From: Selaginella moellendorffii
Lineage: Eukaryota > Plantae > Lycopodiophyta
Assembly (NCBI RefSeq): GCF_000143415.4
Contig: NW_003314282.1
Span: 2,003,374 to 2,067,373 of the forward strand
DNA: 64,000 bases
Direction: 5' to 3'
Within the stretch, counting starts at the first letter, position 1; each line of letters begins with the position of its first letter. This document shows positions 1 to 13,890 of the stretch, piece by piece. The translations under genes and the position numbers were made by a program. The notes below the pieces were generated by a model, which made no database searches, was not told the DNA's origin, and worked only from the letters and a program-made list of their open reading frames with translations.

Positions 1-2603
1 AGAGATTGCCTTCATTTCTGGAGCTAAGTTCCGAACAACTTTACAGTCTAGGCCGTCACTTTGACGATACCGCTCACGTCGCAGGTACTGAAAGGCTATT
101 TTAATTCTACTGAAAGCTCACTTATTGATACGTTTTGCTTTCTTAAGGCGAAGAGATTACAAAATGTGGTGACGTTTTGGGGCCTGAAGCTAGAATTTAC
201 GTGGTTCAGAGCGGGACTATATGTCTTTCCAAGTCTGCTGACGACGAAATGGTGATGACACCGCGTGGCAGCCATATTTCCTACACCTCTAGACAAAACG
301 TGAGGGAACCAAGGGACTCTGGTATTGGCTTTTGGGGTAGCAGGCTTGGTTCACTACTTAAGTCCGGCAGTACACCTCAATCTCCACGAAATAGCAACTT
401 TGTCGCGGGTGCACTGACTACCCAGGACTTGCTCAGTCTTTCACAGGGCCTTGGTGGATCGACTAAAGTTAGAAAAGGTGGAAGTCCTCGTCAGAGTATT
501 GGGTGCGTTGGCTGTTCCAGTTTTTCATTTTAACTCGTTACTTTGATTGTGCAGTTGTAGCTCTCCTTGGACTCTCACGACCTATGGTGTTTTTGGAGAT
601 GAATGCCTTTTAACTCGTGCAAGCGCAAAAGATGAAAGCTACTGGCCACCTTGCAAAACAACATCTGTGGTAGAATCTTCCAGGGGAATATGTTTATCCG
701 TGACTATTGCGAAGCTGACTTCAATCCTTGGTCCTATTCAAGAGCTACTCACCCGGTTGACAAATACCAAAGTACTCGGGTAATGCCAAGTCTTTCTTAC
801 TTTTATTTACTCTATCTTACACGAGTGCTTTGTCACAGGAAAATACATTGCTTAGACTACCTTTTTGGCTCAGAAATAGACTTATTATCTCATTCCATGG
901 GCGTGAGAAAGCTACATTCTGGTGAAATGTTGTATCGAGCTGGAGACCCCGGTGATCGTTTATACATCGTGAGCAAGGGAACAGTGATCGAAACAGTACA
1001 TACTCCCACACCCGATGGGAGCAAACAGAAGGGGGACCAGATTCTTCTATCTAAGGGATCATATTTTGGAGAGAATGCTCTTTTGGATGACGAGCCAAGG
1101 CCTTCCACCATGGTTGCGGGAACAATGGATGCCAACAGACCAGGTTTGCTATCCTTGTGTAGCGAGCATTTTCTTAAAAGGCACGATATCTACAGGAGGA
1201 GCAGAGCTTTTCTACCTGGACAAGGGAGTGCTGGAGGCAAACTTTGGACCGCTCCGGGAGCTCATTGAAAATCGTAAAAAGGAAAATGAATTGAAGGGAA
1301 TTGTTAAAACAATCGGATATGAGGATTTGGAAGAACTTGGAATTATCGGAACAGGTCACAGCTTGTACTTGAGCTTTATTATTTCCTGACGCAAGCTCGT
1401 TTTGTGTATGCAGGGCTCTTCGGCAAAGTGAAGCTGGTGTTTTGCCGACGGACACGCGAGTATTATGCTTTGAAGTGTGTCAGCAAGGCAAAGGTTCTAA
1501 TACGTCAATATCTGAGCTGTTAGCCAGTTCGATATTTTATCATTCAAGCATGTTTGGATCCAGGTCATAAGACTCCAGGAGGAAGAACATCTCAGAAATG
1601 AGAAACTATTTATGACTGAAATGGACCATCCGTTTATCACCAAGCTTATTCGAACCTACAAGGATGACAAGAATGTAAGTCACAGTTGAACTTATGTCTG
1701 GGAGCTAAAATTTCTGAATACCATGCAGATTTACTTGCTTCAAGAGCTGACCACGGGAGGCGAGTTATTCTTTCATATGGAGAAAGTTGGGCCTTTGAGG
1801 GAGGCTGAGGCATCGTTTTATGCCGGTGCTGTTCTTTTGGTGTAAGTAGAGTATGTCTTTGTTTACAATCGTGTTGACTTGTCAAGCACAGGCTGGAATA
1901 CATGCACGGAAAAGGAATTGTTTACCGTGATTTGAAGCCCGAAAACACTCTGATAGGAGACAACGGCTATCCAAAGCTTATTGACATGGGTTTTGCCAAG
2001 CGTATCTACAATCGACGAACCTACTCCATGTGTGGGACTCCAGATTATATGGCACCGGAGATAATTCGAAGACAGGGACATGGAAAGGCTGTCGATTATT
2101 GGGCTCTAGGCTGCCTCATCTTTGAGTTGATAACGAATACAAGCGCTTTTAATCGCGGGGAAGATCCTCCGCAGGTAATCAAGTATTTTCTGGTTTACTT
2201 CCTGACTTTGCACGGTGTTTCGTCCAGTTAGTGTTTCACAGGATCATAGACGGACGTGTCAAGTTTCCACCATATGTTAGCTCAGATTGTGCCGATATTG
2301 TACGGAAACTGCTGGACCCGAATCCTGAGACGCGGCTCGGCTGTCGAAAGCGAGGAGCTGCGGACATCAAGGAGCACCCCTTCTTCGCCAAGTCAGTCAA
2401 TTTTCAGCTGCTGATCCGGCAAAAAGAAGAGCCTCCTGTAAGTTTTACTGAACTCATGCAAGTCACTCTACATTTCCCTTCTGCAGATGATTCCAGCAAA
2501 ACTAGATAATTACACCAGCCTGTGCATACCCGACGAACCAAGCGATCCCATGGACGACTTGCCGGTGGACCCTTCGAACACAAAATGGGACGACATTTTC
2601 TGA
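1..2603 (+). CDS. Cyclic-nucleotide-binding AGC protein kinase (PKG-like), multi-exon, 5' end lies outside the window
   Basis: Spliced exons give two cNMP-binding domains (GPEARIYVVQSG...FGDECLL; LYRAGDPGDRLYIVSKG...YFGENALLDDEPRPST). These are followed by a kinase domain: GTG|LFGKV, YYALKCVSK, YRDLKPEN, LIDMGFAK, TYSMCGTPDYMAPE, VDYWALG, RLGC..GAADIKEHPFF. The last exon (2487-2603) ends in a PKG-like WDDIF* (TGA 2601-2603). Confidence 0.88.
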
Positions 2604-2660
2604 GCCTCTGGTACATTTTTTTCTCTACCTATCCACGGTAAGTACGCGTAGCATTCGGTG

Positions 2661-3617
2661 TCAGAAGTTGAAGTTTCGGCAGTTTTGGCTCATAATTTGA
2701 TAGTGGAGCAGTAGGATGAAGCAGCGAACACGGAGCCAGACGAGAGGTGACTTGAGCCTCCCGACGGTTGTCATCCTGGCCTTGACAACGAGCTCGCAGA
2801 CCATCTCAAAGTTCTCGATGTCCCGGATGAGCGTGTAGCCGACGTTGAGCTCCAGGGGCGTGGTGGTGAGCTCCACGTGGACCAGGATGTCCAGCCGGGT
2901 GGCCCGGGGCACCACAAACTGGCGCACGATCGCCTTGCCGACGGGGGTGCCGCGGTAGAAGACGGTTGACTCCACGTACTCGTTGTGGATGTCCACGCGG
3001 GCGTTGACGTTGTGGTAGTCAATGAAGAACTCGGCATCAAAGTCAAGCTCGTACGAGAAGTAGAGGCCGCTGCGATGCAAGTCAATGGCGATCACGTCCA
3101 GGCCCATGTTGTAGTCCTTGATCATGAGGTGGGGGATCCGGGGGCGGAGGTGGAGGTAGACGAGGAGCATGGCGACCGCGACACCGAGCAGCAGGGCTGA
3201 GACGGCGAGCAGGGCCGAGGAGAGCGCGCTCCAGGCGCGGCGGCGGGTGGCGCTGGTCAGGTGTGCGAAGCGCTGCGTTTCCATGAGGCCCAGGACCACC
3301 GGCAGGGGATACACGGGGATCTTGCCGATCTTGACGCTGCGGAGAACGCCCCCCGGGAACCGGATCACTCGAGTGGAGCCGTCCTTGCCGGCGAGAACGA
3401 ATCTTACCGACTTGTCTCCGGTAGTACTAGCAGGGGTGGCGGGGACTGCCACCGCTTTCGAGCTCGAGGCTGCTTTCTTCTTCAGGGCTGGGGGCGGGGG
3501 TGCTGTTGTTTTGATGGCACCGCGACGCTCCTCCAGTTTGGAGGCGCTGTCCGCTTTCTCGTCCTGGCCATCGACAATGAGGACGGCGGCACTCCGAGTG
3601 GTGGTGGTCTTCTCCAT
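2661..3617 (-). CDS. LEA_2 / NDR1-HIN1-like (NHL) membrane protein, intronless, 318 aa
   Basis: Hydrophobic TM (ALLAVSALLLGVAVAMLLVYL), then LRPRIP, YHNVNARVDI, STVFYRGTPVG, FVVP and a C-terminal Cys pair typical of LEA_2/NHL. Clear paralog of the next ORF. Confidence 0.8.
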   Translation of the reverse strand: MEKTTTTRSAAVLIVDGQDEKADSASKLEERRGAIKTTAPPPPALKKKAASSSKAVAVPATPASTTGDKSVRFVLAGKDGSTRVIRFPGGVLRSVKIGKIPVYPLPVVLGLMETQRFAHLTSATRRRAWSALSSALLAVSALLLGVAVAMLLVYLHLRPRIPHLMIKDYNMGLDVIAIDLHRSGLYFSYELDFDAEFFIDYHNVNARVDIHNEYVESTVFYRGTPVGKAIVRQFVVPRATRLDILVHVELTTTPLELNVGYTLIRDIENFEMVCELVVKARMTTVGRLKSPLVWLRVRCFILLLHYQIMSQNCRNFNF

Positions 3618-3723
3618 ACGTTCTCGGAGAAGCTGAAGCTCGGGTTATAAGAATGGGAAATGCCACGTAGGCTAGCTACAAGTTCAACCGCCAGCGCAAC
3701 CGCGACGGCAATGGGTTCCATCA

Positions 3724-5529
3724 TCAGTAGTTGTAGTCCCTGCACAGCCGGTCGATCTTCTCGTCGGTCATCTCGATGGAGCAGCGGACCCGGTGCCAGA
3801 AGAAGCGCGACGTGATGATGCTGCCCAGCGTCGACATCCGCGCCTTGATGATAAACTCGCACACGTAGTCCACCCGCAGCGTCGCAATCTGCTTGAGCAT
3901 GGTGTAGCCCACCTGCAGCGGCACCAGCAGCTCGTTGTAGATGACAAACTGGAGCGGCATGGTCGACTTGCGCGGCACCATGAAGTTGTGGACGAGCGAC
4001 TTGCCCATGAAATGGCCCTGGTAGAAGACGGAGCTCTCCACGTAATAGTTGTAGAAGTCGACGGCGCTGTTGAGGTTGCGGTAGCTCACCATGAACATGC
4101 CGTAGACGATGCCCTTGTAGAAGTAGTAGTTCCCGCGGTCCTCCACCTGCTGCATCAACAGCGTGTCCTCGTCCAGCAGCTCGTACATGACGGACACGTC
4201 GAATTCGTCGATGCGGAGGTGGGGGATGCGCGGGCGGAGGTGAAAGTAGAGCGCCAGCAGCACCATGCAGACGAGCAGCGCCAGCGCGGAGAGAATGGTC
4301 CCGGCCACGCCCAGAACGTGGCACGCCTTTCCGCGGCCGCGGCCCGAGAAGTGGCGGAAGCGCTCCGTTTCCATGAGCCGGAGCACCAGCCACAGCGGCG
4401 GGTCTGGGTACACTCGGACGCTGCTGTGCTTGATGGTGTTGCGCCGCACCCGCTGGACGCCGGGCAGGAAGATGCGCATGCGCGGCTTGCCGGACACCGC
4501 GTCGATTGTGGGCAGCAGGAACCTCACCACCTTTGGTGACTCGAGCGACGCCTTCTTCTTCTCGCCGGGGCCATCGTCGTCGTCGAACCGGACCTTGGCC
4601 TTGCTGGGACTGCTGCCGCCACTGGTGCCGCGGGCGAAACGGACCGACTTCTTCTTCTTGGGTGTGGCTGCGGCGTCGGCGAACCTCACCAGCTTCACTT
4701 GGACTTTCTCTTCGTCGTCGTCTTCTTCTGATTCGTCGAATTCGGGTGCGTGGAATCTCACTGCCCTCTTGGCCGATGTTGCAAGGGGTTTCTCTATCGC
4801 TGCAAACCTCAAGGCTCTTGTGCTCGCCTCTTGAAACTCGTCCTCGTCATCATCCGATACAAGTGTTTCAGTTGCTGCTGCTGCTGCAAACCTCACCAGC
4901 TTTGAACTTTCGTTCTTTACAGTATCACCATCGGCTGCTGGAGAAGTCGCCACCTCCTGAACGTTTTCGTCATCGTCCTCGCTTTGTGCTGCAAAGCCCA
5001 CCACCTTTGAGCTCGGCTCGGCCGCCACCTCCTCCGCTTCCAAAGCATCATAAACCTCTTCTTCTTCGTCTTCTCCTTCTGCTTCTTCGGCATTTTCCAC
5101 GGGGCGAACTTTGGACTGCTGCGCAAGATCGATCTTTGCTTCGGAACGTATAGCGGGTGCTGGCCGCGGAAGCAAACTCCAGACCTTGTCATCGTCAACT
5201 CCCCACGGGTCACTGTCGGAAGAATCAGAAGAAGAAGACGGCGGCTCGTGCTCGGGTACCGTGTGATCTCGTCGATCCACACCAATCTCCGCGGCCTCGG
5301 GTATTGTTTGATCGCGTGACCCCGATCCTCTTTCCAAGACAATCTCCAGCGGCCGCCGCCTCCTTTTGGGGATGGATATGTGCAGCACACTGTCGCGTCC
5401 CAGCGTCAAGGTGGCCTGCCCGGTTGTGGGCATCACAATTCGCCCGTCGTCATCGCTGCCGGAGCCGCCCAGATCAAAGAACTCGTCCCCGTCGTAAGTG
5501 ATACCTCGCTCCTCGTCTCGGTCGTCCAT
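3724..5529 (-). CDS. LEA_2 / NHL membrane protein with a long acidic N-terminus containing repeated [KR]xVRF motifs, intronless, ~601 aa
   Basis: The first true ATG of ORF 3724-5631 is at 5529 (MDDRDEE). TM ILSALALLVCMVLLALYF is followed by LRPRIP, YRNLNSAVDF, SSVFYQGHFMG, FMVP and a terminal Cys pair. Paralogous to 2661-3617. Confidence 0.8.
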   Translation of the reverse strand: MDDRDEERGITYDGDEFFDLGGSGSDDDGRIVMPTTGQATLTLGRDSVLHISIPKRRRRPLEIVLERGSGSRDQTIPEAAEIGVDRRDHTVPEHEPPSSSSDSSDSDPWGVDDDKVWSLLPRPAPAIRSEAKIDLAQQSKVRPVENAEEAEGEDEEEEVYDALEAEEVAAEPSSKVVGFAAQSEDDDENVQEVATSPAADGDTVKNESSKLVRFAAAAATETLVSDDDEDEFQEASTRALRFAAIEKPLATSAKRAVRFHAPEFDESEEDDDEEKVQVKLVRFADAAATPKKKKSVRFARGTSGGSSPSKAKVRFDDDDGPGEKKKASLESPKVVRFLLPTIDAVSGKPRMRIFLPGVQRVRRNTIKHSSVRVYPDPPLWLVLRLMETERFRHFSGRGRGKACHVLGVAGTILSALALLVCMVLLALYFHLRPRIPHLRIDEFDVSVMYELLDEDTLLMQQVEDRGNYYFYKGIVYGMFMVSYRNLNSAVDFYNYYVESSVFYQGHFMGKSLVHNFMVPRKSTMPLQFVIYNELLVPLQVGYTMLKQIATLRVDYVCEFIIKARMSTLGSIITSRFFWHRVRCSIEMTDEKIDRLCRDYNY

Positions 5530-5679
5530 GGCAGCCACGCACGCCTGCCCCTGCGAATCCCAGCGTACAAGAACACGGAATATGCCATGAGAAGGCCGCG
5601 CCGCATATTCCTTGGGTCTATTTCCCGCCAAGGCTCTATGCCCCGTTTATTGCGCACAAACAAATGTCTTGTTCTCGAG

Positions 5680-7413
5680 TCACTCTTGCAGGGTGGCGAG
5701 CAGCTGCCGCCATCTGGGAGGCTCCTCGTCGAAGATGTACGTGAGGGGCGAAACAAGGACGCCGCTGCCGCAGATCTGCAGCACCAAGAAAGCTCAGAGA
5801 CACTGGTTTTGCATGCTTTGAGCTTTTACCTTTCTCAGCTCGTTCACCGCATCGTAGAGTTGCCTCTTGTGCACACAGATTGCCACCGCGTAGTACTGTA
5901 CCTTGACACCATCACCAGCATCTGGAAGGCTATACACCGGACTGATCGTAGGCCCCTGAAAGAAAAGTGAAAGGAAATCATGCGAAAAAAAGTGCTTTTA
6001 CTCTTTTACCTGGAGGCCCGAGAGGCGTGTGTGCCGAAGGACAAGCTCGGCAACATGCTCTTGCGACTCCCCACGCATGTTTCCAGTCAGCTACGTTGTT
6101 CGTCATAAGGAAACTCAAGACAAGAAATGCGATTCAAAGCGAAAGAGTTACCAGGAACTGACTCTTGGCTCGCAGGTGAGCTTCCAAGCGCTCCAGCATC
6201 TCCCGCGTCACGTCCAGGGCACCCTTGCGCTTGAGCAACGCTCGCTTGCTCGCAACCAGCACGCCCTGGACAAAACTCGAGCGTGGAGACGAGACTGGTT
6301 TGAAAGCAAACATGGAACCTGGCTTTTGATGAGCGTTCCACCCTCGATTTCCTTGAGGTTGTTCTCTCGCAGCGTCGTCCCGCTGCTGACAAGGTCCAGG
6401 ATCGCATCAGCCGTTCCCATCTGACGAGACAAACGACGGTTTTGTGTTAGAAGGAAGCGCGCAAAGCTTCAACTGGTGGACGTGCTCCGAAATCTTCTTA
6501 CAGCCGGAGCCGCTTCTAATGCGCCATCCGCAGTGGAGAGCTGGATGTGCTCCAGTCCCTTGGCTTTCAATAAGCGACTAGCGAGCTGCAAAAAGAGAAT
6601 TTCTTCTTTGCTATTCAGCGAGAAACTCATCGTCTTACGTAAGTGAAGCCAGTCACTATTCGCAACGGACGGCTTGACGTCCACTGCGGCATGGCAGCCA
6701 AGTCTGAGACGGAGGAAACGTTCTCAAAGATGCCATACTTGGGAATCTACACAGCACAGCAAGATGATCAGCCACTTGATGGATGGAAAAAACAACCAGG
6801 AACTTACGCCGAGGCCGAGATGGCACTCGCCGAACCCAAGCTGGTCGTGGACGACAACCAAGTCCTCGTTGTCCTGGCCAGAGAAAGAGAAAGGCGCTAA
6901 AGACTTGCGAGCGAGCGAACGAGCGAGCGACACTCACCTGGCCGTGCTCCGCAACCACGTCGTAGCCCACGATTCCCAGATCAATGTCGCCGGCCAGCAT
7001 CTTCCTCACCACATCCGATTCCCTCTGGAACCACACTTCCAGGTTTTGGAGCTGGATTACGAACGACCGCACGCACGAGTGAGATTTGCAAAATCACAGG
7101 ATCGTACATACCTCGGTGATGTCGGCCACGTACTGGCGAGGATTGGGCTTACACACGGAGAGGTGGCAGTCCTAGACACACGGAAGAACACAAGCCACAT
7201 TAGAGCCAAGAAACTTAGAAGAAAACTTGAGACTTTGAGGAGATTGAGGGTCCCTTCGGCCATTCGTCCCTTGCTGGGGAGTCCCAAGCGCACAGTCGTG
7301 CGCGAGGAGGAGCCTGAGGAGGAGGAGGAAGAGGAGGAGACGTCCCAGGGGCCGGACACTCGCTCCACCTGGACCACATTGAAGACGGCGGCCATGGCCA
7401 CACCTCCTCCCAT
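5680..7413 (-). CDS. HISN1: ATP phosphoribosyltransferase (long-form HisG), ~11 exons
   Basis: [69 protein letters not shown]|[31 protein letters not shown]|[24 protein letters not shown]. Stop TGA at 5680-5682. Confidence 0.96.
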
Positions 7414-7431
7414 GATTTAGGGTTTAAACAA
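7414..7431. promoter_or_regulatory. Telo-box (TTAGGGTTT) filling the 18-bp gap between the divergent HISN1 and TRXZ ATGs
   Basis: gaTTTAGGGTTTaaacaa lies between CAT (7411-7413) and ATG (7432-7434). Confidence 0.55.
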
Positions 7432-8069
7432 ATGCTGGACGCCACCACCACCGCTCTCTATGGCCAGCCTCCGCCAGCCTCAGGGCCGCCCGCCAAGCGG
7501 AGGATCAAGTACGTCGAGTATGGCGACTACCGAGTGGTAATGCAATGCTAGTTTCTTCCTCTCATGGGTTGGATTGGAGCTGCATTGCATTGGCGCAGAA
7601 GAAGGTGAATGCCCGGGAGCTCGAGAAGCTCGTCTTTGGCAGCAAAGGCCGGTTGGAATTGCCCGCGGTGGTGGACTTCTACGCAACCTGGTGTGGCCCG
7701 TGCATTCCAATGGCTCAAGCGCTGGAACAAGTAAGCTGTCGAGTTTCATCCTTCCATCGCCCATCTTTTCCTCTCAGCTCGCGGTCGAGTTCTCCAAAAA
7801 AGTCCAGTTTCTCAAGGTGGACACGGATGAGGAGTACGAGCTCGCCCATCAGCTCCAGGTAAAACTGAAAAAGACACTCTTGCTGGCCAAAAAAATGCGA
7901 CTTTTATTCTCAGCTGCGAGGACTGCCGACGCTGCTGTTTGTGACCAAAAACCTGGACAGGGATCCAGTCGTCCGGACAGAAGGCCTGCTACCTCTCGAG
8001 GTGCTCCGGGACATTATTGAGCAAGAACTGGATGTCCAGAGAGACAAAGTGAGTGAGATCTTCCTGTAA
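7432..8069 (+). CDS. TRXZ: Thioredoxin z (CITRX-like), 4 exons
   Basis: KYVEYGDYRV|KKVNAREL...VVDFYATWCGPCIPMAQALEQ|LAVEF...KVDTDEEYELAHQLQ|LRGLPTL...RTEGLLP. This matches the TRX z pattern. TAA at 8067-8069. Confidence 0.9.
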
Positions 8070-8105
8070 AATGGAATGGAATACACGCACACGCACCTCA
8101 TCTCG

Positions 8106-10202
8106 TTAGCCTGCCACGGCTTCCACTGCCGTAGCATGCTTGTGGTAGACGTCGAGTAGCATTCTCCTGCAGTGCACCACTGCCCCGAGCTTGATGCATG
8201 CCAGAAACGCTCCAGACAACTTCCTGTGGAGGCTATAGGCCTCGTCGGGTGGTGGCTTCAAGCGATGTCTCAGCATCGTTGCCCCCAGCGCGGAGACGCG
8301 GGACGTGAGATTTGAACTGCGGAAGTCGTAGCCTCCATCCTCTGAAAACGGCAGGCCGACCACAAACGCTGCCTCCGTGTGTGCATCCAGCATCACGTCT
8401 GCTTCCTCGCCGGTTAAGAAGCCAAGCTTGATGGACATGTCCACGACTTTGCCCCGGTCTCTGTTGGCACACGCCATAACCTGATGCGCTACTCTGTTAG
8501 TAGGATAGGAGAACGAAATGCAGTCCTGGATTACCATTTGTAAGTAGTCGTCTACGAAGCGTTTTGGATAGTGTCGAGCAGCACCAAAATCTATCAAGTT
8601 GATCCGTTTCGAACCCTCATCGTATAAGAAGTTGCTCCAGTTTGGATCCGTCTGGGAAGACAACAGTTAAATAAGTTAGAAACAGGAGGGGAAGAAAAAG
8701 TAGGCTTGCCTGCATGAAGCGAAACTCAAACAGCTCCCTCAAGGTCAGGTTCAAAAGCTGACTGGCTACGTGGTTCCGAACGCTCTGCTCCATCGTCGCA
8801 ACCTTATCGATCGAAACACCTGCAAATAAGGAGTGTGAGCTTTCCAAACTACATGCTTTGTCTGCACCTGGCACGAACTCAGTTGTCAACACGCGCTTGC
8901 TGCTCAACTCGTCATACACGACGGGAACATAAAACTCCTGCTCGCCTGCTAGCAACTCCTTGAACTTTTTCTGACTTGCTGCTTCCACATAGTAGTCGCA
9001 TTCCAACGCCAGCTCAGATTTCGCAACCTATATACACTAAGGCTCAAGCGATCCTGTAAAGCGTTCCTGTTTATCCAAATCTCACCTTGATAGCCTGGTC
9101 AAGGTACAAACCCCGGGGTAAAAGATTGGTGCGCTCCAGCAGCCATTTGACATTGTCTATGTCACTGTCAATGCTCTTGGCAACGCCAGGATATTGTATC
9201 TTCATCACCGCCAGCTGACCTCCTTTTAACGTTGCTCGGTGGACCTGATGCGAGAAAGCAATGGGACAAGAAAAGAATGACAATAGTCGCACCTGTCCAA
9301 TGCTTGCAGCAGCCATAGGCTGATCATCGAAAATTTGTAAACGTTCTCTCCACTCCGGCCCGAGCTCAGCGACAAGCACCTCATGCAACTGCTGCTTGGG
9401 CATAACATCAGCACCTTGACGAACAGTCTCGAGAGCAGCCAAAATCTATAGCAAAAGAAGGAAAAGAGAGTTAATGAGCACTCACAAGCACTGCAGGGCC
9501 CTTTTGCAAATTACCACCAAGAAACTACCGGTGCAGGAATGATCGTCTCGTCCTGGATGCTAAGCATCTGTCCGAGCTTGAGAGCTGCCCCGCGCATCCG
9601 GCACAGGCCAAGAGCAAGACGCTCGGCATTCTTGTCGCTCAGGAACGGGGAGAGCAGCGCATCGCCACCGGATTGCCCCTGGCCCGACCACGCTCGTTTC
9701 ACGGATTCCTGGACAGTGCCCCATGCAAGCCCAGCTCCCATTCCAGCAAAGCTGTCACAGAGGAAAGTTTAGTTGTTCTTTTGGATAGAAACTAGACTCA
9801 CCCCATGATCCTGCCCATGGGCGTCGATGGGACGCGCCTCTCTCGCGGCTTCCTCACCTTGCGGGCGGGCTTGAACTGGGAGAGATGCTCGTTACCGGCT
9901 GTTAGCGGCGGCGGCGGTGGCGGCAGTGGCGGAGGTGGCGGTGGCGCCACTGAAATTCTCTCACCGTCCACCGCATCGATGGGCTTCTGCTTCGATTCTA
10001 CTCGTACCTCAGCTTGCGGGCGTGGCGATTGGTGATGATGCGATGCCACAGGCGCCGCGATGGCGTGATGGATGCGGCCCCTGGTCAATCCGGCGAGATC
10101 AGTGAGCGAGACGAGCAAGGAGGAGGAGGATCTGGCGGAGGTGAGGAGCTCGCGCGCCACCAATGCGCAGCCCAGCGCCAGCTTGGCCGCATCCTGCAAC
10201 AT
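8106..10202 (-). CDS. COQ8: ABC1/COQ8 atypical kinase (mitochondrial ubiquinone biosynthesis), multi-exon
   Basis: [36 protein letters not shown]|[50 protein letters not shown]. Confidence 0.93.
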
Positions 10203-10511
10203 TCGTTCGTGCCCTAGCCTAGACCTAAAAATTCACGCCCAGGCAAAGGGCAAAAAGAAACCCCAAGGGAAAAAAATTTAAGAGGAAAGGTCGGGAAGAG
10301 AACGCGGCGTTTATAGGCCAAGCTAAGGCTCCGATTTTTAGGGTTTGTGGCGGAAGGAGGGAAGAGGGCTCAAGCTGCTGCGTGGTTGCGCCGAGCTTGG
10401 CGGCGCATGGAGCAGCGAAGAATTGGAGATCCGCGACTGTAAGCTGCGGCGCAGGCGCTTGGCTCCTTAGGTCGTCCGGCGGGGCATTGTAGGGTTTTAG
10501 GCTCGGCAGCC
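10203..10511. promoter_or_regulatory. Bidirectional promoter region COQ8/CUL1 with telo-box-like motifs
   Basis: Divergent ATGs are 309 bp apart. TTTAGGGTTT at ~10337 and TAGGGTTTT at ~10490. Confidence 0.5.
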
Positions 10512-13652
<3,141 letters not shown>

Positions 13653-13890
13653 GGCTGTTGATAAAAATCGCGTGTATTCATTTTGGATGGTTTTTTCTTC
13701 TTTTTCCTCTTTTCTTGACTATAAAAATCGACGACTTTACACGCTATCGTAATGAAGGAAGAAGTCTTTAAAGAAGCAACAAAATAAAAAGACATGGGAG
13801 AAAACCGTAGGATTCGAGTGGCGAGCTAGCCAACGTCCATCCTATAAATTATTGTACAAGGAATCGTAACTAGCTGCTTGCGGTACCTTC

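Noticed and set aside
3169-5501. Multiple long overlapping ORFs on other frames of the NHL genes
   Set aside because: GC-rich shadow frames with low-complexity Arg/Ala/His translations.
5530-5631. N-terminal 34 aa of the 635-aa ORF
   Set aside because: The ORF caller started at a non-ATG codon almost abutting the HISN1 stop. The first ATG is at 5529.
10407-10442. 11-codon uORF upstream of CUL1
   Set aside because: TSS unknown and no conservation evidence; could be chance.
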